NCBI GenBank assembly: GCA_051362555.1
Contig: CM120644.1
Span: 2,984,954 to 3,048,953, forward strand
Length of the DNA: 64,000 nt
Origin: Lingula anatina
Lineage: Eukaryota; Animalia; Brachiopoda
Direction: 5' to 3'
In this document: piece by piece, positions 25,771 through 39,236 of the stretch
Layout of the letters: each line of letters opens with the position of its first letter
Numbering within the stretch: the stretch's first letter is position 1
The notes under the pieces: model-generated
Databases searched by the model: none
What the model saw: the letters and a program-made list of their open reading frames with translations, nothing else
What the model was told of the DNA's origin: nothing
Made by a program: the position numbers and the translations under genes

Positions 25771-26448
25771 TAATAACCCTGACTGTATGTTGAAAATTAA
25801 GAAACATTCAGGAAATTTTTTGTTATTTTTTAGTACAGTACAATCCAAGGTTTTGATATCTACAGCAACTGCCCAGAAAACATTCCAGATCAAAGTTCTT
25901 TTAAATTCTAAAAGAAATTCAATAATTTTTTATCTTCTTATTTTTTCACACCATAAAGTACAAAGTATCAATTAGGTGTTCTTTCCCCTCCCTTTCACAG
26001 CATATTCAGCACGGTACAAATTCCTCCTGTTTTCAAATGTGACATATTCAACTGGGGTTACAAATTTCCCTCCAGATTTGAAACAGAACTTAAATTCTAC
26101 AGAGTTAAGTTCTAAATATCATTTGACACTTTCTGTAATTTACACAGGTCTTTTTGTTCTTTAGACCAAATAATTCTTTAAAATTTCGAATTTAATATCC
26201 TTCCAAGTGTTGACAGTCATTTTTCACGTAGCAGTTGAATTAATCGGTTAACACAGCTAGAATTTCTGCAAAATACAATGGTCTCCATGACCAAAGTTCA
26301 TTCCTTATTAGCTCATTGGTGAATGTCTCAGCAAAACATTCATTGCATTCCACATTGTTCTCTTTTTAATTTAAAAATTAAGCAAAAAATAAGTCTTTGG
26401 CTTCGATTAACTCCGTACATGAACAAGACTATAATCAAACAATGTTCT

Positions 26449-26497
<49 letters not shown>

Positions 26498-26670
26498 GTG
26501 TCTCTCTCTCTCTCTCTCTCTCTCTGTGTCTCTCTCTGTGTCTCTCTCTCTCTCTCTCTCTCTTTCTGTGTGTGTCTCTCTCTCTCTCTGTGTCTCTCTC
26601 TCTCTCTCTCTCTGTGTCTCTCTCTCTCTCTCTTTGTGTCTCTCTCTCTGTGTGTGTGTCTCTCTCTCTG
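26449..26670. repeat. Compound (CT)n/(GT)n microsatellite
   Basis: Direct inspection; source of spurious Ser/Leu and Arg/Glu ORFs. Confidence 0.95.
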
Positions 26671-28042
26671 CGATACAATCCTTCTACTAGATCAGTATAT
26701 TGTGTCAGGTGAGCCCTTTGTGCAATATTGCCATACAACACAACTCACACCACTTCCGACTGCCTCTTAAAACATGATGGAAAAGGACGTTATCATACAA
26801 AGACAGATTTAGATATTAACTAAGAGCCTGGTGAATGATTTATCAGTTGAGAATAACTGCACTTGAATTTGTGGTCTCACATTTACAGACAGTTCAACTC
26901 GTAACATTTTTTTCCTCATCCTTTTTTGTTTCTTTTACAAGTTGTCAGTGGGGTCTGGACACACAATCAAAAATGCATATTTCCCCAAAAAAATGAAAAT
27001 TTCATTTAATTTCAATACTTATAAATATATTCATAATATTAAACAAAATAAATTTTACAATGAAAAATAAATATTTCATCTCTGGTAAACATTTATATAC
27101 ATGTACATACAGTTAGTTATAAATAGTGATATTTCCTATGTGTCCTAATTTCAGGAAAACCCAGTACTTCTACAGCCCACTAATACCTGTACATCCACAC
27201 AGTGCTCCACTGATCAGTGGATACCTCAGCCGTTAACACTAACTGTGTAGTATAGGTCAGTGTATTGTTTGCCCAGTTCTGAGATGAAAAATTAAATGAA
27301 CCTTTCAAATAATTTTTAAAAATCCAAAGGCGCTCCACTCTATTTTGTGGGGATAAAAGGGGGGGGGAGATAAATACAACATCCAAATATTTTGACTTCG
27401 AGATAAATCTGGATGCCTCCATCCATAGTACATTTCAGACAGTCTATAGCAAACTGACTCATCAGCCTGAGCGCTCTTTGTTTGATAAATAAAGCAGGGG
27501 AAAAAAGGAGAAATCCATTACTGGAATTAAGAAAAACGTGTTTCACTGAATCCATTCTGTTTACACCTGAAATAGTTGCGTAAAGGTGAAAGCAGAGTCT
27601 GAAATAAGACCAGTAACTGACCAAATGCCAAGCATGGAATATCAGGCTTCATGGGTGTTCCTGTGAACCCTTCATGTCTGGTGACTTCATATATATTACT
27701 TCCAGTCTATGAAAGTCTTTCATTATGAGAAAAACCTTTGGCTCTCAGTGTTGCGCCTCCCCCCCACCCCCACCCCCACCCACCAATGCCAATATCAATT
27801 ATACAGATTTCTCCATACATCGCTTGTCAGGTGACTTCATAATTAAGATCATTTCCCAATCAATTAGAGTCCCTGAAACTCAGGGTGTTTTTTTATATAT
27901 TATTTTCAATTCTAATGTAAATTATACAGATTACGTGCTTTCTACCCATTTGTCTGGTGACTATACATAAGGTCAATTTCCAATCAACTAGATTCCCCCA
28001 ATTTTTTCTTTTTTCTTCTTTTTTTGCCAATTCCAATGTAAA

Positions 28043-31000
28043 CTAGAGGATCAGAGAGGCGATACCGCCTCCGAATATTGTACCACCAGCTGGAGCAAGC
28101 GCATTCGTATAGACCCCCACATACACAAAATAAGGGACACACAGCCACCAGTTTTGTGCTTGACAAGCTGTAAAAATGCAATCAACAAGAATTTTTAAAC
28201 TATTGCAAAAAATATATATGGTACAATCAAATTTAAGTTCTTTGTAAGATAGGTCAAGGGTCAATTTCAAGGTCACAGTAAATTGCCAGTATATGACTTC
28301 CTATTCAAGTTCAAGAGTAACTATGGACCTATCTCTGTCAAGTTTGAAGTTAAAAGAGAAAGAAATTAGCAGAGTTCACTTCATGATAAAAAGTAGGTCA
28401 AAGGTCAATTTCAAGGTCACACTTAGATTGCCAGTATAGGACTTCCTATTCAAGTTCAATAGTAACTATGGACCTATCTCTGCCAGTTTTGGAGATAAAA
28501 GGGAAGCAAAATTTGCAAAATTCAGTTCATGGTGAAAAGTAGGTCAAAGGTCAATTTCAAGGTCACATTTAGATTGCCAGTATATGACTCTCTTATCAAG
28601 TTCAATAGTAACTATGGAACTATCTCTGCCAGTTTTGGAGATAAAAGGAAAGCAAAATTTGCAAAGTTCAGTTCATGGTGAAAAGTAGGTCAAAGGTCAA
28701 TTTTAAGGTCACATTTAGATTGCCAGTATATGACTTCCTATTCAAGTTCAATAGTAACTATGGACCTATCTCTGCCAGTTTTGGAGATAAAAGGGAAGCA
28801 AAATTTGCAAAGTTCAGTTCATGGTGAAAAGTAGGTCAAAGGTCAATTTTAAGGTCACATTTAGATTGCCAGTATATGACTTCCTATTCAAGTTCAATAG
28901 TAACTATGGACCTATATCTGCCAGTTTTGGAGATAAAAGGAAAGCAAAATTTGCAAAGTTCAGTTCATGGTGAAAAGTAGGTCAAAGGTCAATTTTAAGG
29001 TCACATTTAGATTGCCAGTATATGACTTCCTATTCAAGTTCAATAGTAACTATGGACCTATCTCTGCCAGTTTTGGAAATAAAAGGGAAGCAAAATTTGC
29101 AAAGTTCAGTTTATGGTGAAAAGTAAGTCAAAGGTCAATTTTAATGTCACATTTATATTGCCAGTATATGACTTCCTATTCAAGTTCAATAGTAACTATG
29201 GACCTATCTCTGCCAGTTTTGGAGATAAAAGGGAAGCAAAATTTGCAAAGTTCAGTTTATGGTGAAAAGTAGGTCAAAGGTCAATTTCAAGGTCACAGTA
29301 AGATTGCCAGTATATGACTTTCTATTCAAGTTCAATAGTAACTACGGACCTATCTCAGCCAGTTTTGGAGATAAAAGGAAAGCAAAATTTGCAAAATTCA
29401 GTTCATGGTGTAAAGTAGGTCAAAGGTCAATTTTAAGGTCACATTTAGATTGCCAGTATATGACTTCCTATTCAAGTTCAATAGTAACTATGGACCTATC
29501 TCTGCCAGTTTTGGAGATAAAAGGAAAGAAAAATTTGCAAAGTTCAGTTCATGGTGAAAAGTAGGTCAAAGGTCAATTTTAAGGTCACATATAGATTACC
29601 AGTATATGACTTCCTATTCAAGTTCAATAGTAACTATGGACCTATCTCTGCCAGTTTTGGAGATAAAAGGAAAGCAAAATTTGCAAAGTTCAGTTCATGG
29701 TGAAAAGTAGGTCAAAAGTCAATTTCAAGGTCACATTTAGATTGCCAGTATATGACTTCCTATTCAAGTTCAATACTAACTATGGACCTATCTCAGCCAG
29801 TTTTGGAGATAAAAGGGAAGCAAAATTTGCAAAGTTCAGTTCATGGTGAAAAGTAAGTCAAAGGTCAATTTTAAGATCACATTTAGATTGCCAGTATATG
29901 ACTTCCTATTCAAGTTCAACAGTAACTATGGACCTATCTCTGCCAGTTTTGGAGATAAAAGGGAAGCAAAATTTGCAAAGTTCAGTTCATGGTGAAAAGT
30001 AGGTCAAAGGTCAATTTTAAGGTCACATTTAGATTGCCAGTATATGACTTCCTATTCAAGTTCAATAGTAACTACGGACCTATCTCAGCCAGTTTTGGAG
30101 ATAAAAGGAAAGCAAAATTTGCAAAATTCAGTTCATGGTGTAAAGTAGGTCAAAGGTCAATTTTAAGGTCACATTTAGATTGCCAGTATATGACTTCCTA
30201 TTCAAGTTCAATAGTAACTATGGACCTATCTCTGCCAGTTTTGGAGATAAAAGGGAAGAAAAATTTGCAAAGTTCAGTTCATGGTGAAAAGTAGGTCAAA
30301 GGTCAATTTTAAGGTCACATATAGATTACCAGTATATGACTTCCTATTCAAGTTCAATAGTAACTATGGACCTATCTCTGCCAGTTTTGGAGATAAAAGG
30401 AAAGCAAAATTTGCAAAGTTCAGTTCATGGTGAAAAGTAGGTCAAAAGTCAATTTCAAGGTCACATTTAGATTGCCAGTATATGACTTCCTATTCAAGTT
30501 CAATACTAACTATGGACCTATCTCAGCCAGTTTTGGAGATAAAAGGGAAGCAAAATTTGCAAAGTTCAGTTCATGGTGAAAAGTAGGTCAAAGGTCAATT
30601 TTAAGATCACATTTAGATTGCCAGTATATGACTTCCTATTCAAGTTCAACAGTAACTATGGACCTATCTCTGCCAGTTTTGGAGATAAAAGGGAAGCAAA
30701 ATTTGCAAAGTTCAGTTCATGGTGAAAAGTAGGTCAAAGGTCAATTTCAAGGTCACAGTAAGATTGCCAGTATATGACTTCCTATTCAACTTCAATAGTA
30801 ACTATGGACCTATCTCTGCCAGTTTTGGAGATATAAGGGACTAAATGTTATAATTTTGGAGTTACCATAATGTGCCTTAAATTTCGTACAGAAAAAATTA
30901 ATTAAAATAAAGAAAATGTCATTTTGGTCAAAATTCTTGAAATAGGAGGTGCTCTGAAGTTTCAGAAGTTCAAATTTGATGAAATAATGTCATTTTTGAA

Positions 31001-31830
31001 CACAAGTTGTCTGCTTTGCCAAGCCTTATGTTTTATTTTTCCAGAGTTCAAAATTTATTATCCATTACCGTACTGCACATTTTGCTTTTACCACCAATAT
31101 GTACTTTTTGATACAGCTTAACTCGAAAACCGTATGGAATACAAAAAAACCGAGACCACCTCCAGTGTTGGGCTTTACATGCTCTACAAAATGCAAAAAA
31201 GAATGGGTCTCTAGCATTAACGGTTCCCGAATTAGAGACAGTTTTCAGTTTCGGTACCTTATGGCCGCTACTCCCGTGAAAATGCACCGATTGACCCCAA
31301 ATTCATGGAGATGAAAGATGACCTGAAGGGTAACACTTTCCAATAATATTATTGGTTAAGTCTGTGTAGTGTCTGAATAACAGGGCAAAAAAAATTTTTT
31401 TCGTAAAAAATTTCATTTTTTTGAAAATTTTGACCCATTTGACCTTGAAGTAAAGGTCAAAGGTCAAATCCAAGGGTATATTTGAAATCTACACATATGA
31501 CTTTTGGAAAGCCGTCTATTGAAATTTTTCCCATAACTCCTTCCGTAGGGTAGATAATTAGCATTTAATTTTGCCATTTTTAGACAAGGGTGCATTGTAA
31601 TGAATGCCACACCCAGACCCCAATACCGACAAAGCCCAAATTTTACGTGGAACGAGTTGAGATTATAGGTGACCTAAATCCATGAGATGGGTACGGGGGC
31701 CCTTACCGTCTAGGAGGAGAAGCGGTAACGGTAGCCGTCCGGCGGAGCCGGCGGAGCTGGCGGAGCCGGCGGAACGATCCGGACGGGACCGAAACCATGT
31801 GTACCGCCAGCGCTAACGCTGGTGGTACAA
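28043..31830 (-). mobile_element. Non-autonomous Helentron/HINE-type element with internal satellite array, copy 2
   Basis: Same termini, subTIRs, hairpins and unique core as 12023-14767 with few substitutions; longer array and an expanded 9-bp CCGGCGGAG repeat at about 31739-31772. Confidence 0.85.
28249..30840. repeat. 146-bp tandem array, 18 units (last partial), containing a 730-bp higher-order duplication
   Basis: Unit starts at 28251, then 28395 to 30731 in exact 146-bp steps. Confidence 0.95.
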
Positions 31831-34800
31831 TTATACAGGTTACTTTGAACTATGTTTATATTGTGACTTCATGCAGTTAATTTTCAATCAATGAGTAGCC
31901 CATGACATCCAGGATGATTTTTTATCTGACTACTACCAACATAAACTACACAGGTGAGTCAACAGGCTCTTAATTAATTAATTAAACCAATTTCTCAGGT
32001 AGACATAAACAATGTACTAAATAGACATGGGTTCAGACTATACACATCCTTCTTAACACTATGTTCTTATCACAGACAAATTGACTCGGGTAACACCAAA
32101 ACCCGTGAATGTTAAAACCCTTTTGCAGTAAAATTATATCCCAATCAATTTACGAGGCGTTTTGAGCACTTCATGTTTGAATAATATGTTTTGACCCAGT
32201 GATGCTACGCTTTATTGTAAAAATTATTATCATACTATTCACCTGTTATGTATAATCCAGGTGAACACACACACTAATAAAAACCTGGCTCTTTTTATCA
32301 GTATATCTTTTTCACCTTTATATTTTTCTACATTTCTCTTAATAATAATATAGGTTATGAACCAGGCAAAACCCTTGTAATAAAATCCCCTGATAGTAAC
32401 GGCAAAAATATCATGAATTATCCACATAAAACCATGCAACCACATATACCAAGGGCTGCTTAAACTAACGATAAGAACAGTCAAGAGTCCACTGCTAAAT
32501 TTTGAGAAGAAATTCACTTAGTTATCCTCAACACAGTTTTGAAAAGATAACAAACCATTTCCATCAGCTTGGGTCCAAAGAAAGGGATTCCAAAATCTTG
32601 TAGAAATCCTGTCTTAAACCTACCTTATCTGGAGAGAGAAGCACAGCCTGCCGGTATCTGTCTGGCTCTCTTGGCTCTTTTGGTTCTCTTGGCTCTCTTG
32701 GTCTGATGAGTTAAGCTGAGGTACTCTATTAACAGTAACAGAGATACTCCAGCAGTCAGCCACATTGAGTCAGTGGATGCAGTCACACTGGGGAATTCAG
32801 AACAGCCTTGAGCCGGTTTTAAAACCAAATTCCATCCCTTCACAGATTCTACAGCATGTTTATGGTCATGTTTCTGCCCAGCTACCCAGATCTCTTTTAG
32901 ATCACATTAAATTTAAAATATTTTGTTTCATTTGTGTCTTTTTTATCCTATATTTTTTTAAAATTTATTCCCCCATATTTATAAAACCACTATTTTAAAA
33001 CACTTTGTTAGAATCATTGTTTCTCTTCATCTCTCCCTGTTTATATAATATTTCAAGATGTGTTTACTGAAACTGTTGCAAAGCTAAACAAAGCTTATGT
33101 TTTACTGTTTTAACATATGTTAAATAATATATATAATATATCCTCATTAAAAACAAAGTTTACCTCATTCAACTCGACTAAGATCCAAAATCAACTAAAA
33201 TGCATCACTGCAAGTCTGAATGCAGTGAGACAACTCGTCATTTACAAACACAGCACTAGAAGAGATTACTGACATCCGGCATTGTATCCTGCTACTGGTA
33301 CAGCAGAAGTCCAAACCTATCCTGCAGAACCCATTCAACCAGTGTGAATGTATATATATAATATATTAAGTGGTAAAAAGTGCCCCCAAACACTTTGTAC
33401 TATAGGTCTATTTATTGAAAACTGAGGAAGTGTACATCCACGTCCCACGGCTATTGAAAGTTTCTCCTGTAAACTAATTTTGTTCCCTCTCTATACAATC
33501 TCAGGGCCCAGTGATATTGTCATGGTTTTAGGGGTCTAAAGCAGTAACATGAATTATCAACATCAGGAAGAGATCAATCAAGTCAAAAAGACCACATCTT
33601 GACACAGATGTTGGATATTTTTTCCTGAAAAAGTCGACATTTGACCGTCCTCATTAAATTTACCAGCTTGTATCAGTCCCTAGCTTTCAGAAAAATCTCT
33701 AGGAAAAAATTTCTTTAGGCCAATATACGTGTCTAATAACTTAAAAATAAATTTTCTGAGTTGTGTCTGTTAAATGGTGCTTCCAAATGTCAAGCTCCTT
33801 CTAGCCTAAATCCATCATGTGGATGTTTATTTGATTCATAGAACGTAAATACCAGCCACTTTATTGAAAGTCTACTACCCGTTTGGATCAACCAAATCAG
33901 TTCATACATAATTGCTCATACAGTTCCTGAATCTACTCTATAGTATAATTTCAATCTTGCCTAGATGCCAACGCAGACTTGAAATCTGCCTGAAATTCAA
34001 TTTGATCTTAATTTTGTCTGTGCCACTTGTGTAGCAAATTAAAATCTTGAGAGAGAGAGAATAGCACTTACAGAAATGTGGTCAGAAATATCTCGATTTT
34101 GAAAAAAAAAATGGCTTCATTAAAAACCCAATCCTATTTCTGTAATTTAATTGTACCTACATTACGAGAGAGGTTTTAAAACCCTAAAATGCCACATTTG
34201 ATCGACATTACCACATGGATTCCATATCAACAGCAACCTGAAGATTTAAGAACTGATAAAATACCACTAGCACTTTTTCAAATAGACCTTTTCCATCCTC
34301 TAGTTAAGAGTAAAAGGCAAAGGGTGCTATATGGTGGGAGGTCACATCACTTGCGGTCAACCAATTACCAAGGGTTTGTTTCTACCAAGAAGTTTAAGAT
34401 TGAAAATTGCTCTGAACTTATAACTTTAATTAAGGCCTGCTTTAAATCAGTTTGACTTTGCAGTATCTATTTAGATAAAGAAACAGTTGGACTGGGACAT
34501 TTCTCATGTTATGTATTTTTTTTTTAAATAAAACTGGTATAATATCATAATGTAAAACTTGGGCTCCAAGTGATTTGTCTTGGGTCAAAGAAGACTAGGA
34601 ATTGTGGTCTTACTTACACTTAACTTAAGACCATTTTTTGATCTTGAGTTGTTCTGTAAAAACCCACCACAAGTATATAGCAGCTGTGAACAGGCTTGCA
34701 GTTCTTGGTTCTCAGGGAACGATGAGGCTTTTAACACACAATGATGCACCTTAGTGGAATTTCCTTTTTATTTCATGATCAATGTCTGTACAGCCACAAG

Positions 34801-36165
34801 CATCTGATTACATACAAAGTGTTTTGTGCATCTAGAAGAATACAGCAACAACAAATCAACAAGTGAATCAAATTTGGCTTAACTTCAACTTAAAAGCAGT
34901 TTTTGTCATTTTGGCTTAACCTCAAATTAAAACCAGTTTTTGACAATTTTTTTTTTTTTTTTTTTTTTTTGCTTTTTATGGTGTTGTTAAAGGAAAAGCA
35001 AACTTAAAGTCTACCCAAAAACCTGCCCTTATTTTATATTAAAATGTTTATTCTCAAAAAAAGTGCAGAAAAAAATTTCCTTAATCATTTTATGATTTAA
35101 TCTTTAAATAATTTGTCAAACTGAATAAAACATTAAAAACTATAGGGTCTCCAAACAGAAGCAGTTTCACTGTTCCAACTGCCAAATTGAATGCAAGTAA
35201 TAAAATTCATCAACATTATAACAAGGTTACTACTATCATTATAATTTTAATAATAATTATTTAATTATTATTTATAGTTCCTACATGACAAGCATAAGGC
35301 GTTAAGCTTTATTGTGGAACTAATCTTTTCTTTCCTTTCTTTTTTTTTTTTTTTTTTTGCTACATAAATCTAAGTAGAACCAGACGTCCCTTCTGCCTGA
35401 TGCAGCCATCAGTACACTAGCGCAGTGTCTTGGGATTTTTATCAAAAGTGAAAACACATCTTAGACCTTCAGGGTTCACATACAACACTGATGTTACACA
35501 CTTCATCTAGATCTAAGGCAAAACAAGTCCCACATGTTCCCCATGGACATCCCACAGTTTTCTCACCAAACTGCAGTGTCAATCTTTTTTTTTTTTTTCC
35601 TATTTACTTCTTGGAAGTTTTTTCTGCATGTTTGTAATTAGAATTTACAAGAAAATACTTTGGCAGGCTTGAGAATAAATTTTGGACGAAATATCTTAAA
35701 CATAAACATGGACTATTTGTTTACTGGTTCTTGGCATGACAAAAAGTGGCTACATGCAGGAAAGAAATTTTTTTTAAAAAGACAAAAAATCACAGATAAT
35801 ACTTGCTAACTTTACTATACCAACTTTAAAGATACATGACAATGAAATATATCAGTTTTTGGAATTGCTATTATCATTATATTCTACATCAAAGAAAGCA
35901 AGCAAAAACATTTTCGTAATGTAGCTTTCTTGTACAAAAAGTCAGTGAATTTTTTTATAAGGCAAAGAAAATGAATATCTAAGGATAATAACCCTCGCTG
36001 ACGAGGGATCTATCTTATTTAGACCACGGGTCCAATTAGCGGGTTTTGACGCATTCACGCGAAACGCGCGGTTATGCGAGTTACACCATGTCTAGGTCTT
36101 TTGTTCTTTACTTCCACCGTGGTCTAACTTCCATTGCTAGACCACAGTCATCCACTGACCAAAGA

Positions 36166-36559
36166 GAGCATTCAGAATAGAGGACTAACTAGTCCAAGGG
36201 TCAAACATAGGGTGCATTCCCAGAGATTTAGATCGATCCAGAGATTTAGATAGACCTAACTCCCTGGGGGTTCACGCTAAATTGCAGTCAGCCGAGCGCG
36301 CATCATAGTTAATTACCCCCTTACAGCTTTTAGCAGGCGGGACAGACGCTTAAGCCGGCTAAGCTGACAGTAATCTAGTGAGACTCCCTACAGGGATAGA
36401 TCAATCTAAAATCTATGGGAATGGGGTCACAGAGACCCACTACAAAGCTCGCCATCTAATCTGCTAATAGACACTGAATAGATATCCCGTGGAGAAGTAT
36501 TCAAGTAGGTCGGCCATATTTGACCCTCGGACTAACTAGTCCCCTATCCTGAATAAGGC
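36166..36559. mobile_element. Palindromic MITE interrupted by a second MITE (inner element about 36210-36428)
   Basis: Outer arms attcagaatagaggactaactagtccaagggtcaaacat / atatttgaccctcggactaactagtcccctatcctgaat; inner arms cattcccagagatttagatcgatc / gatcaatctaaaatctatgggaatg. Confidence 0.65.
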
Positions 36560-36563
36560 TAAA

Positions 36564-36769
36564 GAGAGCATTTACAACAGAATTGATCTACGCACTAACA
36601 GATCTATGGATCAAATATGGCCAACCCATCTGAAAGCTTGTTACATAATCCCATAACAGACACCAAATAGATTCCCTGAAGGGATTATGCAATAAACTTT
36701 AAGGAGGGTTGGCCATTTTTGATCTGCAGAGCTGTTAGTCCGCAGATCAACTCTGTTGTGAATGGGGCC
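36564..36769. mobile_element. Near-palindromic ~200-bp MITE
   Basis: Arms catttacaacagaattgatctacgcactaacagatctatggatcaaatatggccaaccc / gggttggccatttttgatctgcagagctgttagtccgcagatcaactctgttgtgaatg; related to 52743-52919 and to a fragment at about 24121-24195. Confidence 0.7.
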
Positions 36770-36862
36770 AAAAAATCTTGACCACTACTTGGGTAACTTA
36801 TTTCAGAACCTTTCAAAGAGCAGAGTGGTCAGAGGTTAAGTGACCACTGCTGTGTGTATGTA

Positions 36863-37900
36863 CCATGGCCCATAGGAGCCTACGCGTGCGTCTTTTAGAC
36901 GCCCCCTTGCATGCGAAAACGACAAGGCCTATGCCGAGTTCGTCTTTTACTACAGAGCTTTGAGAGCCGAAAATGGCATGGCTGTGTCTCTTTCGCCACT
37001 TACTGAACTCCAGAGATGCGAGATTAACACGACCCATGTCGCGTTTGTCTCTCAAAAGACACTGTTATAAAACATGAAATAGGCATTACGTGTGATTTTC
37101 GCAGCTGAATAAGTAGACCCTTATAAACGAAGTTGACGTGACCTTAGAGTCATGTCGCTTTCAACTTTTACAAACCTCCAACAAAATCTATCTCCACACA
37201 GACGCGCGCGACATGTACTATTGGACATGGGTAAGTTGAAAGCGACATTAACCTAAATGGCTCATGTTACTTTCAGCCAATTAATTTGAAACAGAAGGAC
37301 CGTCTTAAAACCCCCTTATATTTGAATCCTTGAAAATAAAAATATGAGGCCATATAATCATTACAAGCAATTAGCCACACTGTTATCTAGATAGCACTAA
37401 ATTATGATGGGATTCAAATGAAAAAAAAATGTTTTGGGACAGCACAACACTGTTTCAAATTAATTGGATTTGACATATAAGAGTTAGCTGAAAGTAACAT
37501 GAGCCCTTTAGGTTAATAGGGTTTCAACTGACCCATGTCCAATAGTACATGTCGCGCGCGTCTGTGTGGAGATAGATTTTGTTGGAGGTTTGTAAGAGTT
37601 GAAAGCGACATGACTCTCAAGTTACGTCAACTTCGTTTATAAGGGTCTACTTATTCAGCTGCGAAAATCACACGTTATGCCTATTTCATGTTTTATAACA
37701 GTGTCATTTGAGAGACGAACGCGACATGGGACGTGTCAATCTCGCATCTGTGGAGTTCAGTAAGTGGCGAAAGAGACACAGCCATGTCATTTTCGGCTCT
37801 CAAAGCTCTGTAGTAAAAGACGAACTCGGCATAGGCCTTGTCGTTTTCGCATGTAAAGGGGCGTCTAAAAGACGCACGCGTAGGCTCCTATGGGCCATGG
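36863..37900. mobile_element. Foldback-type non-autonomous DNA element, 1038 bp, with ~430-bp inverted arms
   Basis: Starts CCATGGCCCATAGGAGCCTACGCGTG and ends with its exact reverse complement; arms about 36863-37294 and 37452-37900; flanked by TATGTA on both sides; mirror-image ORFs 36813-37055(-) and 37708-37932(+). Confidence 0.9.
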
Positions 37901-39088
37901 TATGTATGTCCATACAGAGAGTCTATATTTAAGAAACAGCAGTGTTCACAGCAGGGTTTTAGTGGTAGAAATTAGCAAAACACCTGCTTAACACAGCTCT
38001 ACCCACTGGTATACCAGAGGATGTTATTGTAGTAGTTATACTTCCTTCACTGATACACTATCAAATTGTGCAAGCCAGCGGTCACTTGTTTTAATAAGAA
38101 GTCCACCACTTTGTTATATTACATACTATTAACCAATGTTTTTATTTTTAACTTCCTAAACATCAGTTAGTAGTAAGCTATGTTGGAATTGTAGACTAGT
38201 TGTGTATCAGCTTCCCCATTTTCAAGTTTCAGTTTTAAGAGAATTTGAAACAACACTGCCTTGCTGATGTGGGGATTCAGAAAGGAAGAAGCTGGCACGC
38301 CTCTGATCTGAAGCTCTGGTGTGTTGACCACAGAGATGTAGAAGGCTAACATCTGGGTACGTACTACCCTCTCACAGAACCAGAGTTTTTTACGCTATAT
38401 AATCACATGCAAATTCTTTGGCTAATTCTGTGCACATTCTGTAAGTACTGCAAGAATGAGAAACTTTGCAAATAAGACGCAGTCACTAAAGTGGCACGTG
38501 GTAGAAAGTATGAACAGTCACAGTCTCCATCCAATGAAAAACATTCAAATTATTGTGTTAGATGTACTGTACTTTATGTTGCTGGCACACAATCAGCATT
38601 AGACCTGTACACAGGGGAAAAAAATCCTCAACAGATATTCATTGCCATGATCGGTATCTATCTTTACTACACAAGTGACTCAAAAACTACATACTTGAGC
38701 ATGGTTCTAATTCTGTGAAAAGTCTTGTATGTGGTACATACCATAAGAAGCTCAATGGAAAAAGAATTGACATTTTGAGGAAAATTAATTATAATGCTGT
38801 GTGCATTCATTGCATTAGGTACTAAAAAATAACCATGCACCTCTCTTTTCCACATCTTTTCTATTTCCTCAATCAATCAATCAATCAAACCAGGGCCATA
38901 TGTCGCTCTGTGATAGAGAAACCTCTCTCTGAGCCGTCTCCACAGGTAACTGCATGTTTATTCTTGGCCTGGTTTTTCTCACTCATCCTCACCAAATCAA
39001 TTTAAACTTGAGACAAATGATTGCAAACTTCCTTCTAGTTCTACCTATATTATTGCAAGAGATAAAACCAACTCATCTTAGTTCTTAC

Positions 39089-39236
39089 CTTTATCCTTGG
39101 ACTTCTTACTACCAAACAGCCTGGAGAGAAATCCACCCTCATCGCTACTACTTCCAGCACCACTGTCTTTGCTGCCGACATCTTTTTTGGCTTTCTCTGA
39201 TTTATCTGGTTTTTTCTTAGGATTTTTATCCTTCAT
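39089..39236 (-). CDS. Distal alternative first coding exon of the SRCIN1/sickle tail-like gene (exon about 39089-39311 including 5' UTR)
   Basis: ATG at 39236; MKDKNPKKKPDKSEKAKKDVGSKDSGAGSSSDEGGFLSRLFGSKKSKDK; donor AAAG|gtaaga in phase 1, compatible with exon 526-650; acceptor gttattttcag at 39312. Confidence 0.65.

Noticed and set aside
22917-26770. His/Thr, Cys/Val, Ser/Leu and Arg/Glu-rich ORFs
   Set aside because: Translations of dinucleotide microsatellites.
12227-30840. 146-bp arrays as CRISPR arrays or coding repeats (ORFs 12653-12958, 12844-13104, 29259-29564, 29989-30294)
   Set aside because: No unique spacers, eukaryotic context, and a unit length not divisible by 3 so frames shift and hit stops; this is satellite DNA inside a non-autonomous element.
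32625-32843. Minus-strand ORF with 9-bp repeats and a good donor (AAG|gtaggt) as another first exon
   Set aside because: The listed frame stops just before the donor, and the frame open to the donor has an upstream stop and no ATG; it could only be non-coding or use an unidentified acceptor.
36813-37932. Pair of near-identical 74-80 aa ORFs on opposite strands as duplicated genes
   Set aside because: Mirror images produced by the inverted arms of the foldback element; non-ATG starts.
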